Positions 50,291-59,990 are shown, numbered from the whole stretch's first letter. The stretch: 61,728 bases of DNA, filler included, from Deltaproteobacteria bacterium (GCA_030698575.1; 12 parts of 12 records of this genome joined end to end with filler, not necessarily neighbours in it); one strand, 5' to 3'. The notes: generated by a model from the letters alone, not told the origin. Made by a program: numbers and translations.

Positions 50291-52972
50291 ATGTCATCGA
50301 GTAACCGCCAGCCGGACGATGAAATCTTGAAAGAAACGCCGAAGCCTCCTCCCGAGGACGGCCCGCCCGCTGATCCATGGACGGCCATGCTCACACGGTT
50401 CAACCGCCTGGCCTGGTGGTTCGGCAAGAAGGTCTCGAGCCACATCGAGCTGGATACCGACGAGGTCGAACTCATCCGGCAGCGCGCGCGTGAGGGGACC
50501 ATCGTTTACGTGATGCGCTACCCCTCTCTCATCGACACGCTGCTGGTGAACATGCTGCTGCTGCGAGAGGGACTTCCGCTGTCGCAGATTTCGAACGGCA
50601 AGGCTACAGGCTCGCTCCGCCCGATACGCGAGCAGCTTACCGTGTTCCTGGGGCGATTCATCCCCTTCCTACGGAAAACGCGGCTCGGAAGCGACCCTCA
50701 GTCGCACTGGCAGCGGTTCGTGGCGCTGGCCGAAGCGGGCAAACCGCCGCTGCTCTACCTGCGCGGCGCCAAGCTCGGAATCTACATGCGGCGCTCCCAC
50801 GCAGTCGAGGCGCAGGAGAGCGAGAAGGACTACATGGCCGAGCTGGTGCGGATGCAGTGGAGCGGCAAGCAGCGGATATTCTTCGTGCCGCTGGCTGTCT
50901 TCTGGCGCGCAAGGCCGCGCCAGCAATCGAGCCGCGCCGCCCTCTCGTCAATTTTCTACGGCCTGAAGGAGCGCCCGGCCGACCCGAAGAAGTTCGTGAC
51001 CTTCCTGCTGAACTACAGCAACCTGCTCGTGAGGATCGGCAAGCCGGTCGATCTGAAGGCCTTCATCGAGGAGCGGGGCCGCGAGGGCCAGGGCGCCATC
51101 GTGAAGCGCGTGCGCCGGATGCTGCAGATCTTCCTCTACCGTGAAGAAAAAGTCGTGCACGGCCCGATCATCAAACCGCGCCGCGCCATCCGCGAGATCG
51201 TGGTCGATGATCCCGACACCCGCGCCATGATCGATCGCGTGGCGGACGCGACCGGTGAGGACGTCGCCAAGGTGCGCAGGCGCGCTGCCGCATATTTCAT
51301 CGAAATCGCGGCGAACTTCCACGGCACCTACATCGCCTTCCTGGACTTCATCTTCAACTGGGTGTTCCGGCGCACCTTCAGCGGCCTGGAGGTCACGGGG
51401 CTGGAGCAGGTGACCGAGTTCGGCAAGCGGAACCCGCTCGTGCTGCTGCCCTGCCATCGCAGCCATTTTGACTACATGATCGTATCGAGCCTCTTCTACC
51501 ATTCGCATCTGTCGCCGCCGCACATCGCCGCGGGGATCAACCTCTCCTTCTGGCCACTGGGGCCGCTGTTCCGGGGAGCGGGCGCCTACTTCCTGCGGCG
51601 GAGCTTCGGAGACAACGCGCTCTACAAGACGGTGTTCCACAAGTACATCACCTTCCTCATCAAGGATGGGTACACGCAGGAAATCTTCATCGAAGGGGGC
51701 CGATCGCGCACGGGAAAGCTTCTCAATCCGAAGCTCGGGATGCTCTCGATCCTCGTCGAGGCCTATCTGGAGGGCATCCGGCGGGACCTTTATTTCGTCC
51801 CCGTCGGGATCACGTACGAGCGGCTGGCCGAGGAAAAAGTCTACGTTCGCGAGCTGCAGGGAGAGAGGAAGGAGAGCGAGAGCATCAGGTCGATAGTGCA
51901 GGCGAGGTCGGTGCTGAAGCGCCGCTACGGAAAGGTCCACCTGAATTTCGGAGAGCCTATTTCCCTCCGGGAAGCCGTCGGGGACCGCCTCGAGCCTTTC
52001 CGCGCCGCCTACAAGGCCAACACGGGCGAGGAGGAGCGGCACGCCTTCATCGAAGTTCTGGCCTATCGCGTGCTCCGCGCCATCAACATGAACGTGACCG
52101 CCACGGTCTCGTCCCTGGCGGCCACGGCCCTCCTGGCGTATGCCAAGAACGCCATCCGGCGGGACGAGTTCTTCGAGACGGTTCACACACTGCGATCGCT
52201 GCTGCGAGTGCGCCACGCGCCCATGAGCGAACCCCTGGCCCAGGAGGATCTGGATTTCGAAAGCATGGTCCAGTTCCTGATCTCATCCGACCTGGTCGGG
52301 GAGCTGAAAGATGCGCGGGAAGTCGTCTACACGTTCGACGACAAGAAGAGGTGCGCGCTCGACTTCTACAAGAACAACATCATCCATTTCCTCGTGGTGC
52401 CGTCGATCCTCAGCCAGGCGCTTCAGCGCGGCATCACGCGGACGGAGTTGTGGAAGGATCTGTTCTGGTGGGTGCGCCTTTTCCGGTACGAGTTCTTCCT
52501 GCCCGATGACAGGATCGTGGAGAACCGGGCCGAGATCTACCTGGGCCACTTCATCTCGGAGAAGCTCGTCGGGGAGAACGCCGAGGGCATCACGCCGACG
52601 CCGGAGGGGCGAGAACAGCTGGCGTTGTACGCCGGAATCCTCGCGAACTTCCGGGAGGGTTACTTCGCCGTGATCGAGGCCGTCTCGAACCAGCGACAGT
52701 GGCCCGTGCCCGAGAAGCGGCTTCTCTCGGAGATCGGCCTCACCTTCAACAAGTTCTTTATGCTCAAGGAGGTCCACCGGCCCGAGTCGAAGAATCCGGT
52801 CGTGTTCAAAAACGCGCTTCTGTTCCTCATCTCGAACGGGCAACTGACGGTCCACCAGTCGAGCGTGGGAAAGGGCAAGTCCACCACGCTGTATGAGCAG
52901 GGGCCCCGCTTCCAGGATCTGGCGGAGATCCAGCGCATACTCTCCCGTGGCCTGAGAAATAATGATTCGTAA
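50291..52972 (+). CDS. plsB: glycerol-3-phosphate 1-O-acyltransferase
   Basis: HRSHFD (HxxxxD), AAGINL, GAYFLRR, FIEGGRSRTG and YKNN. Confidence 0.88.
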   Translation: MSSSNRQPDDEILKETPKPPPEDGPPADPWTAMLTRFNRLAWWFGKKVSSHIELDTDEVELIRQRAREGTIVYVMRYPSLIDTLLVNMLLLREGLPLSQISNGKATGSLRPIREQLTVFLGRFIPFLRKTRLGSDPQSHWQRFVALAEAGKPPLLYLRGAKLGIYMRRSHAVEAQESEKDYMAELVRMQWSGKQRIFFVPLAVFWRARPRQQSSRAALSSIFYGLKERPADPKKFVTFLLNYSNLLVRIGKPVDLKAFIEERGREGQGAIVKRVRRMLQIFLYREEKVVHGPIIKPRRAIREIVVDDPDTRAMIDRVADATGEDVAKVRRRAAAYFIEIAANFHGTYIAFLDFIFNWVFRRTFSGLEVTGLEQVTEFGKRNPLVLLPCHRSHFDYMIVSSLFYHSHLSPPHIAAGINLSFWPLGPLFRGAGAYFLRRSFGDNALYKTVFHKYITFLIKDGYTQEIFIEGGRSRTGKLLNPKLGMLSILVEAYLEGIRRDLYFVPVGITYERLAEEKVYVRELQGERKESESIRSIVQARSVLKRRYGKVHLNFGEPISLREAVGDRLEPFRAAYKANTGEEERHAFIEVLAYRVLRAINMNVTATVSSLAATALLAYAKNAIRRDEFFETVHTLRSLLRVRHAPMSEPLAQEDLDFESMVQFLISSDLVGELKDAREVVYTFDDKKRCALDFYKNNIIHFLVVPSILSQALQRGITRTELWKDLFWWVRLFRYEFFLPDDRIVENRAEIYLGHFISEKLVGENAEGITPTPEGREQLALYAGILANFREGYFAVIEAVSNQRQWPVPEKRLLSEIGLTFNKFFMLKEVHRPESKNPVVFKNALLFLISNGQLTVHQSSVGKGKSTTLYEQGPRFQDLAEIQRILSRGLRNNDS

Positions 52973-53453
52973 GGCCACCCAGGCCGACGTGCCCGTCATT
53001 CACCGCCTCGTGGAGCATTACGCCCGCAAGGAGCGAATGCTGCACCGATCCCTTGAAGACATCGCCGAGCACATACGCTGCTTCAGCATGGCGGAGGACG
53101 GCGGGCGCGCCGTGGCCTGCTCGGCGCTGCACGTCTACGCCCCGGATCTGGCGGAGATCAAATCGCTTGCCGTGGACGAAGCCTTCACCCGGCGGGGACT
53201 GGGCGCCGGGCTTGTGCACTACCAGCTCGAGGAGGCCGCGGCCCTGGGCATCGGGCGTGTCTTCGCGCTTACCTACGAGGCGCCCTTTTTCGAGAAGCAA
53301 GGTTTTCATCTTTCCGACAAGCAGGGAATGCCCGAGAAGATCTGGCGCGACTGCATGTACTGCCAGAAGTACGACGACTGCGACGAGGTGTGCGTCGCCA
53401 TCGACATCGACACGCGCCGCCCCGCATCCGTCCTCCCCGTCGTCGACGGCTAG
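52962..53453 (+). CDS. GNAT acetyltransferase, short ArgA (N-acetylglutamate synthase)-like
   Basis: ML.RS, LAEIKSLAV, VFALTY, PEKIWRDC..C....CDE. Confidence 0.85.
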   Translation: MIRKATQADVPVIHRLVEHYARKERMLHRSLEDIAEHIRCFSMAEDGGRAVACSALHVYAPDLAEIKSLAVDEAFTRRGLGAGLVHYQLEEAAALGIGRVFALTYEAPFFEKQGFHLSDKQGMPEKIWRDCMYCQKYDDCDEVCVAIDIDTRRPASVLPVVDG

Positions 53454-53665
53454 ACAGATCCAGCCTCCGGCGGTTCAGCCCGGCTTCCTTCAGCTCCTTC
53501 GCGCGAGATCAGGTCGAAAACTTTTGTCCCGGAATCGGGATTCGCCCGGCCGGCGGGCAGAATCAGCGCAGTCCGCAACTCTAAAAATTCTTTCCGGCGC
53601 AGGCGGCCTGTGCTAGCCTGAACGTGCGTTGAGAGTGTCGGCCCGTCGCAGCCGGGCCGCCTCGT

Positions 53666-53713
53666 GTGTCGCGCAGGGTGTCGCGCAAGATATCGCGCAG
53701 GATACTGACAAGG
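53666..53713. repeat. 12-bp degenerate tandem repeat x4
   Basis: gtgtcgcgcagg / gtgtcgcgcaag / atatcgcgcagg / atactgacaagg. Confidence 0.75.
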
Positions 53714-53788
53714 GGTGAGAGGTCCCGTGCAGACCATAACGGTCGGCGGGGCCTTTGTGTTTTTCGGGATCGGGGGGAGGAGGAGAAC

Positions 53789-54535
53789 ATGGAAAGCATT
53801 CGCATCCCCTTGCACCGGCGCGGGACCGTCCTCGCGCTGATGGGCGCTGCCCTGGCCTTCGCACTCTTGCTCGCCATCGCCCCGGCGGCGCGGGCAGCGG
53901 CGATCCCCTCGGACGGGGCCTCGCGCCAGATGTCGGAAACGGTCCAGCCGGGCGACTCCTGGTCGGTTCTTCGCGGCCGGATGTTCCCCACCGAAGCGCT
54001 CATGTCCGCGAACCCCGGGCTTACGCGCAAAGGGCTCAATCCGGGCGACGTGGTGCGCGCGCCTTTCGTGCCCGTATCCCGCGTCGACGCGGCGCTGAAG
54101 CGCCTGTCGGAGACGGAATCAAAGCTGCGCGAGGCCACCGGGGCAAACGCGGCTCTCGAGCAGCGCGTGGCCGCGACGGCGGACCTGGAGAAAGCGCTGG
54201 CCGACGAGCGCTCGAGCTCAGCGGCGCTGAAGTTCACGACCTTCGCGCTCACAACCGCGGCGCTCGTGCTCGGCGGCGCGCTGGCCGGCGCGCTCCTGTT
54301 CCTGCGGCTCGCCCGGCGCGAGGCCCATCTGGCCGAGAGGGGGCTCAAGAGGACTGAGGTGCGTTACGGTGAACTGCGCAAGGAGCTGCGGGGCGTCGAG
54401 ATCGATCTGCAACGCCGCATGGTGAACCTCCTCCACCTGCACGACGTGCGCGTCGTCAGCGAGGAGGAAGTCGACGACGCCTTGGCGCCGCTCGTGAAAC
54501 TGGCAACACTGCTCAAGAAGAAGCACGCGGGCTGA
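53789..54535 (+). CDS. LysM-like / coiled-coil / TM protein
   Basis: GGAGGAG RBS; signal peptide; TVQPGDSW..LMSANP..LNPGDVVRAP; coiled coil; TM. Confidence 0.7.
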   Translation: MESIRIPLHRRGTVLALMGAALAFALLLAIAPAARAAAIPSDGASRQMSETVQPGDSWSVLRGRMFPTEALMSANPGLTRKGLNPGDVVRAPFVPVSRVDAALKRLSETESKLREATGANAALEQRVAATADLEKALADERSSSAALKFTTFALTTAALVLGGALAGALLFLRLARREAHLAERGLKRTEVRYGELRKELRGVEIDLQRRMVNLLHLHDVRVVSEEEVDDALAPLVKLATLLKKKHAG

Positions 54536-54599
54536 ACCAGGCTGCACCGGGCGGGCGCTACTTGCTTCCGGCGTGAGCCAGGGCGTACCCTGTGGCGCC

Positions 54600-55570
54600 A
54601 TGGCCGCTGAAGCTCCCGCCGCGGAGAAACGTTTTCACGAGCAGCTCCACGTGCAGATCCTCGCCGCGATGGTGGCGGGCGCCACCGTCGGCCTGATCTT
54701 CGGCGAGGCCGCCCTGCCCTGGGTCGGGTGGATGGGGACGCTCTTCGTCCGCCTCCTCCGGATGATCATCGTTCCGCTCATCTTCGCCAGTGTGGTGAGC
54801 GGCGTGGCGTCGGTGGGCGGCGGGCGGAGCCTCGGCCGCCTCGGCCTCAAGACCGTCGGCTACTACGTTCTCTCCAGCCTCCTCGCCATCCTCGTCGGGC
54901 TGCTCCTGGTGAATCTTCTCGAGCCAGGCGTGGGCGCCAGCATCGGCAGCGCAGTCCGGGCAGAGATGCCCGAGATCGAGACCCCGAAGAGCCTCCTGGA
55001 GATCTTCCTCCGGCTCGTTCCGTTGAATCCCATCGAGGCGATGGCGACCGGCGACATGCTGGGGATCATCTTCTTCGCCATCATGGTCGGCGCGGCGCTC
55101 ACCCGCATCGGCGACTACCATCGCGAGCGGCTCACCGAGATCGTCAACGCCGCCTTCGATCTCATCATGACCATGACGGGCTGGATCATCCGGCTGGCGC
55201 CGATCGGCGTGTTCGGGCTCATGGCCCAGGCGGTCGCGGGATCGGGGTTCGACACCTTCCGGGCCCTGGGCCTTTACATGGTCACCATCGCGGTGGGGCT
55301 GACGATCCACCTGGTCGTGACGCTGCCGCTCCTGCTCTGGCTCCTCGCGCGAATCAAACCCTGGGTCCACTTCCGCAACATGACCGACGCGATGGTCACG
55401 GCCTTCTCGACGAGCAGCTCGGCGGCCACCCTCCCGGTGACGCTGCGCACCGTCGAGAAGGAGGTGGGGGTAAGCAATCGCATTTCCAGCTTCGTCATCC
55501 CCATGGGCGCGACCATCAACATGGACGGCACGGCGCTCTACGAGTGCGTCGGTGTGATCTTCATCTCGCA
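54600..55570 (+). CDS. dicarboxylate/amino acid:cation symporter (GltP-like), 3' partial
   Basis: LRMIIVPLIF, AFSTSSSAATLP and GATINMDGT. Confidence 0.95.
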
Positions 55571-55670
55571 NNNNNNNNNNNNNNNNNNNNNNNNNNNNNN
55601 NNNNNNNNNNNNNNTTAATTAATTAANNNNNNNNNNNNNNNNNNNNNNNNNNNNNNNNNNNNNNNNNNNN

Positions 55671-55790
55671 GCGGAAGAAGCTGACGGCATCCAACGGGGC
55701 GGTGATCGGCGGGCTATAGGCTGGGCGGCCCTCGCGGACCAGCTTGACGTGGTAGAAGGCGTGCTTGTCCGGGTTGCACACGGCAGCCAT
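55671..55790 (-). CDS. RadC-like (JAB) protein, N-terminal fragment
   Basis: YHVKLVRE...ITAPLDAVSFFR matches the start of mobile-element RadC proteins; GAAAGG RBS; catalytic part is off the contig. Confidence 0.6.
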
Positions 55791-55895
55791 CCTTTCTGCA
55801 GGGGTTGTGAAGGAGCGGGGTGCTCCTTCCACCGTAGCAGGGACGGATGGCGGGTGGGAACGTCCGGGTAGGTAACTTCGCCCTGGGGCCCCGGG

Positions 55896-55933
55896 GTTGT
55901 CTTTGCACGACAACGTTGTTATATTTCGACAAC
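55896..55933. promoter_or_regulatory. two abutting palindromic operator-like sites GTTGTY-N7-GACAAC
   Basis: GTTGTC-TTTGCAC-GACAAC (55896-55914) and GTTGTT-ATATTTC-GACAAC (55915-55933). Confidence 0.7.
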
Positions 55934-56028
55934 AAGCCCGGGAAACCGGGACTTCTTAGCGAAAGGAGGCTATAGTCGACCCCGGATTCACACAGCGTAG
56001 AACCCCAACTGCGCAGGAGAGAGGACAC

Positions 56029-56400
56029 ATGGCCGGCACATCGTTTGGAGAGTTCATCAAGGAGCTCCGCCGACGACAGGGATACTCGCTCCGAGCCTTC
56101 TGTGAACTACATGAGCTTGACCCCGGTAACCAGAGCAAGATGGAACGAGGACTGCGACCGCCACCTCTGGGAGAGCGGCAGCGCGAGGAACTCGCGCGCT
56201 GGCTGGGCCTAAAGCCGGGTGACGATGACTGGCAGGTCTTCTTTGACCTTGCCGACATCGCAAGCGGCCGGATCCCATCCGAGATCCTCGAAGACGAGGC
56301 CCTCGTGGGTAAGTTGCCGCTAGTCTTCCGTAGTCTGCGTGGTGAGAAGCTGAACAAGGACCAGCTGCTGGAAGTCGCAGAGCTGCTCCGGAGGAGTTGA
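56029..56400 (+). CDS. XRE-family HTH transcriptional regulator
   Basis: FGEFIKELR..G.SLRAF....DPGNQSKMERG..PP; AGGA RBS. Confidence 0.9.
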   Translation: MAGTSFGEFIKELRRRQGYSLRAFCELHELDPGNQSKMERGLRPPPLGERQREELARWLGLKPGDDDWQVFFDLADIASGRIPSEILEDEALVGKLPLVFRSLRGEKLNKDQLLEVAELLRRS

Positions 56401-56407
56401 ACCCAGC

Positions 56408-57028
56408 ATGTTCCAGATCAGGTTCCGCCCGAGCGATGCAATCGAGGAAGCCGCAGACGACGCGCGCCGGCGGTACGGAGCGACAGACATTCCGGTGGAC
56501 GTCGATGCGGTCCTGGACGTGAAGCTCGGGATGAACCTGGTCCCGGTCCCTGGCCTTCAACAACGCATCAATGGCGACGCGTTCACGTCGCGCGATTGGA
56601 GCGAGGTCTACTACGACCAGAACCAGTCGGCAACACGACTCCGCTTCTCGCTCGCCCACGAACTCGGCCACTTCGAGCTGCACCGGGCAGAGATCGATGC
56701 CCTGCCGGCAACGACCACGATCGAGGAGTGGGCGCAGTTATACGAGGACCTGCCGGAGGATGCCCTGGGCCGGGCGGAAGTGCAGGCAAATATGTTCGCC
56801 GCGGCACTCCTCATGCCCCGCGATGAACTCACGGCGCGCTTCACGCAGGCGCTCGCAGGAGCCGAGGATCTTCGTCGCGTCGCAGTCCAGCAGGGACTGA
56901 CACGCAATGACTACCTCGAATACGTGGTCCAGTACGTGGCCACTGGCCTGGCAAAACAATTCGATGTCTCTGTGGAGGCAATGGGCTGGCGGATCAGGAA
57001 CCTGAGCCTCGCGAGTATGGTGCCGTGA
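56408..57028 (+). CDS. ImmA/IrrE-family (COG2856) zinc metallopeptidase
   Basis: IPVD, RLRFSLAHELGH (HExxH), EVQANMFAAALLMP and LA..F.VS. Confidence 0.92.
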   Translation: MFQIRFRPSDAIEEAADDARRRYGATDIPVDVDAVLDVKLGMNLVPVPGLQQRINGDAFTSRDWSEVYYDQNQSATRLRFSLAHELGHFELHRAEIDALPATTTIEEWAQLYEDLPEDALGRAEVQANMFAAALLMPRDELTARFTQALAGAEDLRRVAVQQGLTRNDYLEYVVQYVATGLAKQFDVSVEAMGWRIRNLSLASMVP

Positions 57029-57072
57029 GGCGGGACACGGTCGCCGGACGGCTGAGAAAAGGATATGGAAAG

Positions 57073-57975
57073 ATGGCGCGCTACTCAGTATCACAGCTTC
57101 GCAGCAAACTGCAACAGGCCCAGCAGAAGCAGCGACAGGCGGTCAACCGCTACAATCAGGCAGCTCGTCGCTACAACCAGGGGCTGAGACAACTTAAGAC
57201 CGAGGTGGATCGGTACAACCGCCAAGTGGATGCCCACAACGCACGGGTTCGCGCGAACCGTCAGCGTCTGCGCCGCGAGCTGGCCCGCCTGAGCCGCCAG
57301 CCGACAACCACGACGGTGACAACGACGTTCACCGTTTACCGCACCTCCGTGCGGACCCTGAACGAGTCATACCAGCATCTGGATCGCCGCGCGGAGAGCC
57401 AACAGTTGCACCCATACTACAACCGGGTACTTGACCTTTCGGAACGAGAGACGGCGAATAGCGTGGCGGTTACGAATCGCCTCCTCGGTGTTGAGGAAGA
57501 CGCGGAGGAACAGGGCGACACGCTCGAGGACGCGGAGCTGCTCGACCGGCTACAGCGCGTATCGCCGGATCTGGATAAGCGCTGGAGGGGTGCTGTCTAT
57601 GCTCTGAACGAGAGCAACCCGGACGCCGCCCGTCATTTCTGCGCGAGTGCGCGCGAGATCTACACGCAGATCCTCGAGCTCAAGGCGCCGGACGCCGAAG
57701 TTGCCCGGGTGCTCCCGAATTGCGACAGAACGAGCCAGGGCAAGCCCACACGACGGGCGAAGATCCGCTTCTTCCTTCACCGCAACGGCATGACGGAAGA
57801 GACCTTGGAGGAATTCGTCGAGCACGACATGGAGAACATCCTCAACCTCTTCCAAGTCCTGAACGACGGCACCCACGGGTCAGCCGGCACTTATGGACTG
57901 TCCCAGCTCGCGGCCATCCGGAAGCGGGTTGAGGATGGCATCACATTTCTCACTGAGATCGCCGCCGCCGCATAG
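57073..57975 (+). CDS. coiled-coil protein with putative nuclease domain (resembles predicted pPIWI-associating nuclease; HEPN-like)
   Basis: Q/N/R-rich N-terminal helix; C-terminal NPDAARH..S.RE, L..AP, PTRR and N.GTHG. Alternative GTG start at 57025 overlaps the peptidase stop. Confidence 0.6.
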   Translation: MARYSVSQLRSKLQQAQQKQRQAVNRYNQAARRYNQGLRQLKTEVDRYNRQVDAHNARVRANRQRLRRELARLSRQPTTTTVTTTFTVYRTSVRTLNESYQHLDRRAESQQLHPYYNRVLDLSERETANSVAVTNRLLGVEEDAEEQGDTLEDAELLDRLQRVSPDLDKRWRGAVYALNESNPDAARHFCASAREIYTQILELKAPDAEVARVLPNCDRTSQGKPTRRAKIRFFLHRNGMTEETLEEFVEHDMENILNLFQVLNDGTHGSAGTYGLSQLAAIRKRVEDGITFLTEIAAAA

Positions 57976-57983
57976 GCAGGCAA

Positions 57984-58415
57984 ATGCTAACACCCAGAAT
58001 CGACAGGGGAGAGATCGGGCAGTGTAACATCTGCCAGTCCCAGCGTTGTGATCTCTCCTGGGAGCACGTTCCGCCGCAGGGGTCGGTCTTCCTCTCTCGG
58101 GTGGACATCCGACTCTTATTCCAAAGAGCAGTCGGGAAGGAAGGCGACGTCTGCATTTCTCAGAACGGCGTTAAGTTCCGGACGGTTTGCAGAGGTTGTA
58201 ATTCCAGCATCGGACGGTATGATCGTGCGCTGATCGAATTCACGCAGGATGTACGGCGATTTGTCGAGACGGATCTGGCCGTACCCCCAGTGGTCAAGAT
58301 CACCACCCGCCCGACAGCCCTGGCAAGAGCTGTTATTGGACATTTGCTCGCCGCGAAGATCACGGCTGACGAGTCAGTGTTCGACGATAAGCTCCGTCGC
58401 TGTGTCTTGGACGCA
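57984..58415 (+). CDS. HNH-type zinc-binding endonuclease-like protein (3' partial)
   Basis: CxxC...EHVPP...CxxCN pattern. Confidence 0.7.
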
Positions 58416-58515
58416 NNNNNNNNNNNNNNNNNNNNNNNNNNNNNNNNNNNNNNNNNNNNTTAATTAATTAANNNNNNNNNNNNNNNNNNNNNNNNNNNNN
58501 NNNNNNNNNNNNNNN

Positions 58516-58709
58516 TTCTCAACCTGTCCGCGGAATACAAACCGACGCCGACCCTGTCCCTGCAAGTCGCGATCAACCTGTGGGACGACATGGAAGAGGA
58601 ACGCACGGTCTTTGCAAGCCGCAGCGCGGCCCGGCCGATCTCTTTTGTTGAAACCCGCTATACCGACCCACGAAACTTTGTAACGCTGCAGCTTCGCAAG
58701 ACGTTCTAG
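58516..58709 (+). CDS. TonB-dependent receptor, C-terminal fragment
   Basis: Hand translation EYKPTP.LSL...PRNFVTLQLRKTF*, with the terminal Phe of beta-barrel OMPs. Confidence 0.7.
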
Positions 58710-58888
58710 AGCACTTTGCGACATGATTGAATCTCCGGAAGTCCCAAGCGACGTGGGCTCTGATCCGACATTTATGCAGGAGAGGGAGGCTGGCATGGAT
58801 GAGCAAAGCGCTGTCATTGGACCTGCGGGATCTTGTGATCGCTGCGATTGAGGGCGGGATGTCGTGCCGTCAGGCGGCGGCACGGTTC
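58707..58888 (+). mobile_element. IS630-family remnant (left end and truncated transposase N-terminus)
   Basis: TAGAGCAC end; ORF from 58799 MSKALSLDLRDLVIAAIEGGMSCRQAAARF, then the similarity stops. Confidence 0.75.
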
Positions 58889-58938
58889 TTCTTCCTTCAA
58901 GTCACAGCGCATGGGGCGGGACAAGACAGGTGCTGCGC

Positions 58939-59009
58939 CTTACAGACAGATTTGTAGCTTCTGTCTGTAAGTGGTACATACAGACAGAACCTGAATATGT
59001 GTCTGTATG
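58939..59009. promoter_or_regulatory. two inverted repeats TACAGACA-N13-TGTCTGTA, the second overlapping the start codon
   Basis: Cores at 58941-58969 and 58979-59007. Confidence 0.75.
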
Positions 59010-59990
59010 GCCGACCTCCTCACGCCTTCGGTGCTGACCCTCTACGCTGAGCTTCTGCAGCAGCTCGAAACCGCGCCCGAGGCCGGTTCCGTGTATCGAA
59101 GAACTACGGAGCACGGCGAATACATCTACGCCAAGGTGCCCGTTGGAGCGGCGCGGATCGACAGGTTCATCGGAAAGGCCGGCGCCCCCCAGGCGGAGGC
59201 CAAGGCCTTGTCCTTGCAGCAGGGCGTCGCGCTTGCCAGCGAGCGACGCAGCCTCATCGCGATGTTGCGCAAAGCGCGACTGGCGACGCCCGACCGGTCG
59301 ATGGGGGCGATCCTGGACGCGCTAAGTCAGGCGGGCCTGTTTCAGGCAGGGGCGGTTCTGGTGGGCACGGCCGCTTTCCTGATCAGCGAGCCCCTCGTCG
59401 GCCAGCGACTGCCTTCGCCGACGCTCATGACCGGTGACGTGGATGTCGCGGCCGCAAGCCTGGCGCTGGCGTCCACCCCTCCCGAACGGTTTGAGGAAAT
59501 CCTCCATCGCGCGGACCCCACCTTCATCGGTATCCCGCAGCTCGATCCCCAGGCGCCCCCGTCGCGGTACCGAAGTGCTTCCGGCTACCTCGTCGACGTG
59601 CTGACGCCAGTGCGAACCCGGAACGACGTAAATCCGCTGGCGCTTCTCGGCCTGGCCGCGGGCGCGGCTCCCCTGCCGCATCTCGCCTGGCTGATCCAGG
59701 ACGCGGTGCCGGCGGCCGCGCTGTGGGGCTCAGGCGTCCTTGTCCGGATACCTCAGCCTGCACGGTTCGCCGTCCACAAACTGATCCTGGCGCAGCGGCG
59801 GGATCCCGCCAATCGCATCAAACGAACCAAGGATCTGGCGCAGGCAAAGGCGCTGATCGATGCGCTCTTGCATCATGATCGCTACGCCTTGGAAGACGCA
59901 TTGGCCGATGCTCGCGCGCAAGGTCGCAAGGGGTGGGCCGAGCCGATCTCGAGATCCCTGGCCGAGGCCGATATTCGTCTGGATGAATGA
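59007..59990 (+). CDS. GSU2403-family nucleotidyltransferase-fold protein
   Basis: LVGTAAF, TGDVD (DxD), VDVLTP, P.P.RFAVHKL and KD..QA. Confidence 0.8.
   Translation: MADLLTPSVLTLYAELLQQLETAPEAGSVYRRTTEHGEYIYAKVPVGAARIDRFIGKAGAPQAEAKALSLQQGVALASERRSLIAMLRKARLATPDRSMGAILDALSQAGLFQAGAVLVGTAAFLISEPLVGQRLPSPTLMTGDVDVAAASLALASTPPERFEEILHRADPTFIGIPQLDPQAPPSRYRSASGYLVDVLTPVRTRNDVNPLALLGLAAGAAPLPHLAWLIQDAVPAAALWGSGVLVRIPQPARFAVHKLILAQRRDPANRIKRTKDLAQAKALIDALLHHDRYALEDALADARAQGRKGWAEPISRSLAEADIRLDE

Noticed and set aside
54600-56400. Functional linkage between genes on either side of a linker (e.g. the symporter and the XRE operon)
   Set aside because: They are on separate contigs, so the adjacency is artificial.
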